Origin: the human T2T-CHM13v2.0 reference genome, Homo sapiens
Assembly (NCBI RefSeq): GCF_009914755.1
Contig: NC_060930.1
Direction: 5' to 3' (one strand)
DNA length: 64,000 nt
Position numbers and translations under genes: made by a program
The notes under the pieces: generated by a model
Seen by the model: the letters and a program-made list of their open reading frames with translations, nothing else
What the model was told of the DNA's origin: nothing
The model's database searches: none
In this document: positions 55,061 to 64,000 of the stretch, one piece after another
Numbering within the stretch: position 1 is the first letter of the stretch
How the letters are laid out: each line of letters begins with the position of its first letter

Positions 55061-55637
55061 AATGGTAGGAAGAATTCTAAGGTGGCCTTTCAGGATTTCT
55101 GTCCCCAGTGCATACTTCCTGTATACTGTCTTCTCCTTCAATGTGGGCAACTTGTGAATATGATGGGAGATCAATCCCAGAGATTATTCTAATTAAATGA
55201 ACCCTATAAAAGAGGGACTGAGTGCTCCTTGAGGTTGGAGAGATGCTCATGCTGGATTTGAAGAAGTCAGCTGCTGTGTTGTGAGACTGAAACAGCCCTT
55301 GGGAGGACCACAAGGCAAGATCTACGGGAGCCTCTCAGAGCTAAGAGATGCTGACCTTGCATCCAGAAAGAAAGTAGAGGCCTCAGTCTTACAGCAGCAA
55401 GGAATTGAATTCAGTCAAGATCTTGTGAGTTTGAAAGAGGACATGGAGTCCTCTTCTATCCCATCATCTCTTCTATCCCATCTAGGGATGTTGACCTTGG
55501 CTGACATCTTGATTTCAGTGTGGTGAGTCCTCGGACAGAAATTCTGCTATGCTGTGTAATTATATAATAAATGGATGTTGCTTCAAGCTGCTAAGTTTGT
55601 AGTAATTTTTTTAATGCAGGAAGAGAAAACTAATACA
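55061..55637 (+). mobile_element. MaLR solo LTR (MLT1E-like)
   Basis: 'tggtaggaagaattctaaggtggcc...tttgaagaagtcagctgc...cctcagtcttacagcagcaaggaattgaattc...aagctgctaagtttgtagtaat...gaaaactaataca'. Confidence 0.82.
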
Positions 55638-56979
55638 TTCATGCTCAGTACAAATGGTGTGTAGGTTTTGAACATCAACAGGACTGGCATTCTCAAGAGA
55701 GGGAAAAGTGTGTCCACATTGTGCATGCCACAAATTACCTACTATAAAGAACATCAAATTATAAATGGTAGTAGTGGTTGTTATATTCCTCTTCTTGTCA
55801 AACATCTCATTTTCTCTTCTGCCTTAGGGGAAGTAGCTAGTCCTTTGTTTTTCAAAAGGAACAGAAGTTTGTTTGAATTCTGATTTGGAGCTTCAAAACA
55901 CAACATCATACATCAAGATGCAGGATGTGTTGTTCTGCGATTAAATAATTATTCCTGTGAGTTCCCAGTTTTTCATTTGCACTGCCTTCTAAAGAGGAGC
56001 CTGGCTTGTTAGCAGACTGCTCTTTTGGTTTAATAACTAAGAACTGGAAGGAAAGGGAAGGGAAAGGATGACAGGAGGCACTAATGCCAGGGTTGGGGGG
56101 ATTTTGTTCTGAGAAATTTGTTGTAGGAGAATGAGAGTTCTTTCTGACCTGAAGGCAGGATTCCATATTCCTGGTGTTAGGAACATTGTCCTGCATGTAG
56201 TTGGTATTAATGTATATTTTTAAAATAAACTAAATTTAACAAAGACATGGATAGCAGGGAAAAAGGGCAATTTTAAAGATGTATCTCTGTTCTACAAATC
56301 CCCTTATGGTGTTAAAAATAGAAATAAATAACTGAGGTTATTTTGAAACTACTTTTGTGTCCTAAACTCTGTTCTTCGAACTGTATTCTGTTCACTGAGG
56401 TTAAATCTCTTTTGTGATACCACTAAGTCTGTACCAGGGAGATCAAAGATTTGTGAGCATGAATTGAGCACAATTTCTTGAGTGCTTCTGACATTCCTTG
56501 TACTGGGCCCTCAGAGACACAGTGATGAATGCAATGCAGGCCTTGCCTTCAGGGCTTCCAGTGCAGTCAGACCAGGAAATCAGTCCTTACTGTTGTTTAG
56601 GTCAGCAGGAGAAGGGCCAACCCATAAAGGCCCACAGGCTCTAGCAGTGGCCCTTGCAGCCATGCCATAGATAGGATGGTACAGTAGGCCTACAGCCCAG
56701 GCAGGTCCAATTTGCCCTCCTGAGCAGAAGTGAAACATAAGAACCAACCATCTTTCTCTTTACTGCAATGAATGGCTGATGTCCTCAGCCCTGATTTTAT
56801 CCCATGATTGAGATATCCAATGTAATTATTAGTATTCTCAATCATATACAGGAATATAAAGACTTAATGAAAAAAGATCAGCATAGTTTTTATCTGGAGT
56901 GACTTTTCAATAAAGCACCAACATATAAAGCATCAGTAGTGACACATGGAAAGATAAAGCTATTTATTCTTTTTAGAAT

Positions 56980-57148
56980 AATGGTTAGCAAACTACAGCC
57001 TGGCCAAAATCCAGCCATTCCCCTGGTTTCATAAATAAACTTTTATTGGAGCACAGTCATGTTCATTTGAAAACATAGTGTTTATGACTTTCATGATTCA
57101 ATGGCAGAGGTGAGTATTTGAGGCAGAGACCGTTTTGCCTACCAAGCT
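56980..57148 (+). mobile_element. MER58A-like (hAT-Charlie)
   Basis: 'ggttagcaaactacagcc...aaataaacttttattggagcacagtcatg...aatggcagaggtgagta...cagagacc'. Confidence 0.78.
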
Positions 57149-57433
57149 TTCCTAGGCAAGAGCTTTAATCCATACCTTTCTGAGGTCAGTTTTGTGAAAT
57201 TCATGTGGCAAGGAGTTTCCATCCTCACGTAGAGATGTAAATGAGAGGCCTTTAGTAAATAATAGAATTGAATAGAATTGGTTTGCCTGTGAATAAAACA
57301 AGGCATTTATTACGAAGATTTGGAGAAAGTTTCTGAAGGCCACAAAACCTGAGAATTAGGGCATGTCAATTATAATTCTTTCTGTGTGTGTGTGTTAAAA
57401 GATCACAATTACTCCCTGGAAATATGTTTACAG

Positions 57434-57599
57434 CAGCAATTCCCAACTGAAGGGACAGCCGAAAATGTTTGCAGACATTGTCACAACCCAGGGGAAATTG
57501 CTACTGGCATCTACTGGCCAGGGATGTTGCTAAACATATTACTATGCACAGGACAGTCCCCACAACAAATGTTAGTGTTGTGGAGGTTGAGGAACTCTG
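57434..57599 (+). mobile_element. MER20 (hAT-Charlie)
   Basis: 'ttgtcacaac...tgctactggcatcta...ggccagggatgttgctaaacat...tgcacaggacagtccccacaac...gaggttgaggaactctg'. Confidence 0.82.
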
Positions 57600-57709
57600 G
57601 CTCAGAGGTTTTATTAGCTTTTGAGGGCAATAAGAGGACTTACGCAATCTATTTATTTACATTTTGATGTAGCCCAATTTGCCTATTTTTTCTTTTGTTG
57701 CCCCAATAA

Positions 57710-58014
57710 TTTTTTTTTTTTTTTTTTTTTTTGGACAGGATCTCACTTGTTGCCCAGGCTAGAGTACAGTGGCACGATTACAGCTCACTGCAGACTCGAC
57801 CTCCCCAGGCTCAGGTGATCCTCCCACCTCAGCCTGCCTAGCAGCTGGGACTACAGGTGTGCACCTTCATGCCCAGATAATTTTTGTATTTTTAGTAGAG
57901 ACATGGTTTTGTCATGTTGCCAAGGCTGGTCTTGAACTCCTGATCTCAAGCGACCTACCCACCTCCGTCTCTCAAAATTGCTGGGATTATAGGCGTGAAC
58001 CACTGTGCCCAGCC
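57710..58014 (-). mobile_element. AluJb-like, full length
   Basis: Poly-T; 'acagctcactgcagactcgacctcc...ggctcaggtgatcctcccacctcagcc'. Confidence 0.94.
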
Positions 58015-58209
58015 CACTTATCCGATTTAGATAGTCATGTAGGTAGAGGGAAAGAGCATGTCTAATTTGCTCAAGAAGAAGCCTATGAAACAGCAGAATC
58101 TATTCTACACCTTTAGAACCACCACTGATTTATTTGTGGGCAAAGAATGAATCTTCAGTTCCACCTATCTTTTGAAAAAAATCCTTGAACTTATCATTAA
58201 CATTTATGC

Positions 58210-58652
58210 TATTAATAGTTTCCCTAGGGCTGCTCTGACAAGTTACTGTTCTACACACTGTTTGGTTTAAACAACAGAAATTGTCTCATACGTCTGGAAG
58301 CTAGAAGTCCAAGATCAAGGTGTTGGCAAGTTTGCCTCCTTTTGTGGGCTGTGAGTGTCTGTTTCCTGCTTCTGTCTTAGCATCTGGTGGTTGGCTGGCA
58401 GTCTAGCTTCTGCTGCATCATCCTGATCTCTGTCTTCTTTTTCACACAGTATGTATATGTGTGTGTCCCTGTGTCCAGTTTCCCCTTTTTATAATGACAC
58501 CATCATGTTGAATTAGAGCCTACCCTAATGACTTTATTTTAACTTGATTCCTCTGTAAAAACCTTATCTCCAATAAAGCCACATCCTGCGGTACTGGGGA
58601 TTAGTATTGTAACATCTTTGTTTGGGGGGCATACGATTCAACCTTCATAGCA
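58210..58652 (-). mobile_element. MaLR solo LTR (MLT1B/C-like)
   Basis: 'tagtttccctagggctgct...aaacaacagaaatt...ctggaagctagaagtccaagatcaaggtgttggca...accctaatgac...ttaacttgatt...attcaacc'. Confidence 0.85.
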
Positions 58653-59815
58653 CCATAGATGATGACTATTTTAAAAATGGTCAGTTCAGTGGCTATGAAT
58701 TTCTACAATTTACTGAGGGCCCACTTTCCTTTTGAGCATCTAGAAAGACAGCCATTTCAAAGAGATTCAGTGTGAAAGATTTAAATGAACTTCCACTGTC
58801 AAATAACATGAAAAGGAGTTTGCTTTCAAGCCATTCATGGCCCTTTTTCCATCACAAAAAGTGGCCTTAAAACTCTTCAGACATTCAACAAAGTTAGTGT
58901 ATAAGCAATAAGGAATATAAGTTTGCTTGCAGAACAGCTACATTTGTCCTGAAATGAAAGATAAGCAATTTACTTTGTGTGTAAAGGGAGACTGAGTCTG
59001 GCGGTCCTGCCTACATTATTGCCTCCTCCCTGTTCCAAACGGTCTCACTCCAGCTTGTGAGCGCCTTTGGTGGTCAGTGAGACCATTAAACAAAAGAGCC
59101 CAATGTGCTGGCTGCAATCTGCCACCCAAAAGTGACCAGCCAAAATTACCTGTGACCTTTCCCAGGAGAGTGAGCCGAAAACCCTTTCTTGAAAGAGGGA
59201 GCAATAAAGAAATTTGGACTTAATTCTTTCATGGGTGTGCTCATAGGAATGTTCATTGGCGAGACACTAAGAATAAACTCAGTTATTGAAGAGGGAGCTG
59301 GGAAGTTGACAGGCATGGCTAAACCCAGCAGAGGAATTTGATGAGGAAATTAGATGCTGTATAGATGGTGTGTCGAGATTAGTCTTCTGAAAGCCAGGAT
59401 TATTATATAAGTAAGTGGGGGAAGGGTCTCTGCTTTGTGACTGACAAATTCCATTTATACAGGTATTCTTCTAGCTAATTAGACCCATAATGCTGCATTT
59501 GTTTATACATTTCTAGCAAACCCTTTTCATGGAGTAGTTTAATGAGATGAAACACCAGAGGGGCAGCATTTTCCCTTCAAAACTAGATCTCAGCAAAAAT
59601 AATTAAGATTAATAAAAATATGTAGCTAAAACCTGTCCCAGTAACAGATTTCTTTCAATGAGAGCAATACATTTTAAGCTGCATACATTCATTAATATTT
59701 GAATATGAGTGTGCGTATAAACAATGAGAACTCTAGCTATTTCAGGTAGGGCACTGCAATAGCATAACACAGAGAGAAACAGAGGCATAAAAAACCCTTC
59801 CCAAATGAGCATTTT

Positions 59816-60110
<295 letters not shown>

Positions 60111-61269
60111 ACAAATGAGCATTTTAAAATCATATTCAGTGATGCATATCCCAACAGACCAAAACAGCTCATCTTTGTTACCTGCAACCCTCACACAATT
60201 GTCCATTTTAGAAGGTTTTTGTAATTCTGCTTTCATTCAAATGAACAAATGAGATGATCCATAGAAGGCTTCTTTTGCACATTACCTGGCATATAATAAG
60301 TGCTCAATAAAATTGATTTTCTCATTTTAATTGTATTTGCCCACAACTCCTGGCTGCCAATCCCATATACACACATTATAAGCAAAGATGCCAGGTGTTG
60401 GCTAAAAGTCGTGTAATTACACGAATCTCTACTGTGAACATCATTCAACTCTGCTGGTGCTTTGCTTGGCATCCTCACGTGCAGCCAGACCGGTTGCAGA
60501 TTAAATGGCTTGTTTACACTGTGGTAAACAAATTTTATATGTGGATTTTTTTTGACAGCCATTATGACCCTTTGTGGGAAAAACTCAACCTTACCAAGCT
60601 AAAAATTCAAATGACATCAAATGTGGTTCATGTTTCAGATCATACAGACCAATTTTTCTGTCCAAAGCCAAAAGATGTAGGAAGAAGTATTTGCCTGCTT
60701 AACGTCACGCATGAAACCAGCAAAGCTACATCATTTTGGGACGTCTAAAACTGGTTCATTGTTGATTCTTTAAAAAATTGTGCAGTTCATCTGGTCTTAT
60801 AGTCATGACTCTTAAAGAATGATTAATATTTGCTTTTGTGATTGTTTGTTTAAACAATGTATTCACCATGTCACTCAAAAGAGAAAAAAACATAGCTTAC
60901 TAATGAATTAATTTCCTGGAGCTTAGTTAGGTAGTAAAGACAATTCTAATTAATCATTGGTTGCCATAAACAAGACATGCAGAGGTCTCATGCAGAGACC
61001 TCTCCAAGACTATCTGGGTTGAAACTGTATGTGATTGGCTTAGAGACCTTCACTGAATGATAGATGCCATCAACATCATAAGTAGATTTTCCTCCTCATT
61101 TCTAAATACAACCCAATATTTTGTTTATATAGTGAGAAATGAATCACAAATGAAAAAAAAAACAAGGAATTATTTACTAATGATGATGTGTTATTTAAAG
61201 GAAGTTAGGTTATTTAATGTAAAATATACTTGTTCAGCATACACATTTTACAAATGTATGCTACTTGAA

Positions 61270-61515
61270 GTAGTAATAGCATGCAAATTGCACATATTGC
61301 AAAAACTTCTAAGTTCTTTGCATATATTTACTCATTTATTCCTTAAAAAAATCTAATAAGCAAAAAGTATTTTAAGCCCATTTATCAGATTAAGAAACTG
61401 AGACCCAGAGAGCTTAAGTAATTTTCCCAAAATCATACAGCTAGTAGGTGGCAGAGGTGACTTTCAAACTCAGGCAGTTTGGATCCAGATCTCATTCTCT
61501 TAAATATCATACTAC
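61270..61515 (-). mobile_element. MIR SINE
   Basis: 'cccattttatcagattaagaaactgagacccagagagcttaagtaa...cagctagtaggtggcagag...tttcaaactcaggcagt'. Confidence 0.82.
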
Positions 61516-61574
61516 CTCTTAATGAAAAAAGAAAAAAAAAAAGAGAGAGAGAGAAAAAAGTTCATGATGGAAGA

Positions 61575-61735
61575 AAGATCTCAAAAGAAGAAGGCACTCA
61601 AATCAACTATCTAAACTTTTACTTTCAGAAACCATAAGAAATATTTGGGTTTAATAAATGCAAGAAGAAGAAAATAAATAAAAGAATAGAAATCAATGAA
61701 ATTAAAAACAAAAAGCCATATAGAAAATCAATAGA
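61575..61735 (+). mobile_element. Old L1 ORF2 fragment
   Basis: 'ctcaaatcaactatctaaactt...agaaatcaatgaaatt...tagaaaatcaat' matches the L1 ORF2 region downstream of the endonuclease domain. Confidence 0.6.
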
Positions 61736-62163
61736 CTAGTTTAGACATGAAACCAGACAAAAGAGTTAGAGTCTGGATCTATTTATACATTGCATACAAA
61801 CAATTGATTTTATTTTTGATTCATAATGTTGAAAATTCACTTTGAGGATCTTTATATAACTTCAGCCCTGATACCAGACCATCATATCTAGTCACTATAT
61901 TTAGAAACTACTTAGAAGTTCATATTATAAGCTGGAGTGTTTCTTTTGTAACCCAACAATTTTACACTTAAATAAAAAGCATGTGGTTTGAATATGTATC
62001 AGTGTTTTGTGCACTCCCATTTTCATTTCACAGTGGTTTCACATACTGCTGAATTAGTTATTTTAGGCATAAAAATCATCAGCTTTTTCTGAAGTGAACA
62101 TCCTGCCTCACAAAAGATGCAGAAGAAGTACAGTGCCATCGAATTAGTCACGGATGCTTGCTT

Positions 62164-62166
<3 letters not shown>

Positions 62167-62195
<29 letters not shown>
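62167..62195. repeat. Poly-T mononucleotide run
   Basis: About 29 consecutive T with no adjacent Alu. Confidence 0.95.
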
Positions 62196-62197
<2 letters not shown>

Positions 62198-62566
62198 AAA
62201 CTCTGCCAAACCAGAACTGTTTCAGGGGTTCGTTTTACCTTTAAATGGAAGGACCAATTCCTAGGAGGAAATTATATTTTGCACATTAGGGTTAAAAATT
62301 ATGTTTATTTTATTTTTGCAGCCAAAGAATTGCAACAAAACAGTTTTCTCTTTGCAGCTACTATTTACCGAGATAGCCTTTAAAAAGATCTCTCGTTTTC
62401 CTGAGAACTCTGTTATTTCAAGTATGTTTTCTTTCTCTATTTTTTTGCCAGCTGTGAAAATTTTTATAAAACAGCTCCAATATGAATCTTTTATGACTAT
62501 TCTTCAGTCATCTGAGTTATACTGAGCATGTAAGGCATAAGAGATACCCACTTTGGATACCAGTTC

Positions 62567-62586
62567 AGAGAGAGAGAGAGAGAGAG
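62567..62586. repeat. (AG)n microsatellite
   Basis: Directly visible. Confidence 0.9.
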
Positions 62587-63644
62587 CAGCAGCATGCAAT
62601 CCACACAAAGGAAACTCAATCCTCTAACAGCTAATTAAAAAAGCATTACTTTCCACCAGGCCTGACCTCCAGCCATATAAAGGATAAAGATGGCTGTCTG
62701 TCAATCATGTTTACCTAACAAATTCTGGCACGGGATCATGATGAATGGACAGATCTAAAAAGGGACGATATTGCTCAGAACTCCTAGGTACTCTTAATAC
62801 CACCTTTAAAGAGGCAGAAGACCTCATCAGTAATTTGAAACCTCTGCCTCAGTGCTAGGGATACACCAGAGCTAAATTTGCTGAGGACCAGCAGATACTA
62901 GATACAAGAAGGTCAGTAGAAACATATTTTCACATCCTCAAGGATTTTGACGTAAGTATATTTAAGATATCATAATGACTTCATGCATCTGAATGTTTTC
63001 ATTCAGATCTTTTTAAACCTTTGCAGTCACTTGAGACTAAGCCAAAAACCTAACAGTAGACTGCGTCTGTTCTTCCCTGAAGTTATCCCAAAATCAACCA
63101 GCAAGAAGGAATCCTTGAAATTATTTAGTCCATGTTCCTATTCCAGGCAGGCCAGCAATATCATTTTCTCTTTCAGCCATAAAAATGCTAAGAGAAGGTG
63201 AGTTCATAATTTACGTTGCTATGCTATTACAGAGATTGAAAGCTTTTATAGCCAAGAAATTTTTCCTAAATCTAAACTAGATCCTATCTTTTTAAAAACA
63301 ACATTTCATTATTTCCTTCATTAAACTTTTTTTTAAAGTAAGCTTTTAACATCAGCCATAAAATATTCTTCACAACTTTCCACTATGCAGACTACTTTGA
63401 AGAGAACTTTGGATAGAAAAAAGTTCACGCTAGGGAACACTAGCTGGCCCTGATTCTCTCCTGTCAGATAATGAATGGGATCATTATCGCCGCAGGTTTT
63501 CTAACCTGTGTTTCCCAACACAGCCCTGGCTACAGCTGGCCTATCCTTTGCATCCTTCGGGGCTTACCTTATCTACTTTAATACTGATTTTGGACCACAG
63601 CAAGGAAAAAAAATAGATCTTTTATCGTAAAAATGAAAATTTTT

Positions 63645-63869
63645 ACTGCAACCTCCATCTCCCAGACTCAAGGGATTCTCCTGCCTCAGCCTCCTAAGAA
63701 GCTGGGATTACAGGTGTGCACCACCCCGCCTGGCTAATTTTTGTATTTTTAGTAGAGATGGGGTTTCACCATGTTGGCCAGGCTGGTCTCGAACTCCTGA
63801 CCTCAGGTGATCCTCCTGCCTCGGCCTCACAAAATGCTGGGATTACAGGCGTGAGCCACCGTGCTGGCC
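63645..63869 (-). mobile_element. Alu (AluSx-like), 3'-truncated
   Basis: Begins abruptly at 'actgcaacctcc' and lacks the Alu 3' end and tail; the Alu 5' end is intact at about 63869. Confidence 0.93.
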
Positions 63870-64000
63870 ATTTACCAGCATTTTTGAGCTCCAGATGCTG
63901 TATCCAGAGATCACATGGTGGCAAAAAATAAATTGACTAAGTGTGATGGTGGTATATTCTCATGGTTCTTACCTCTTGGGGTGCTATGTATACATTTTTC

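Overview
This is AT-rich primate (very likely human) non-coding DNA, either intergenic or a large intron. I cannot identify the locus from sequence alone. I find no supportable protein-coding exon, tRNA, rRNA, CRISPR array or prokaryotic system; the recognisable ORFs in the track are translations of Alu, L1, MaLR or low-complexity sequence. The window holds about 21 Alu elements or fragments (J, S and Y types, many with readable target-site duplications, TSDs). It also holds L1 3' segments with nested Alus, ancient L2, L3/CR1 and MIR fragments, and solo LTRs (LTR40, LTR33/41-like, MLT1). There is one complete LTR-internal-LTR MST (MaLR) element with a 5-bp TSD, several DNA-transposon fossils (MER8, MER5A, MER63, MER46C, Tigger4a, MER58A, MER20) and microsatellites. 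Most worth follow-up: a ~430-bp apparent orphan retrocopy of an mRNA 3' end (14341-14786, minus strand); repeat-poor, motif-dense candidate enhancers at ~21.0-22.2 kb and ~50.7-53.3 kb with a near-consensus CTCF site at 52144; and several structurally odd Alus. Repeat families were called by eye from remembered consensus sequences, so subfamily names and the boundaries of old elements are approximate. I did not find evidence for a novel biological system.
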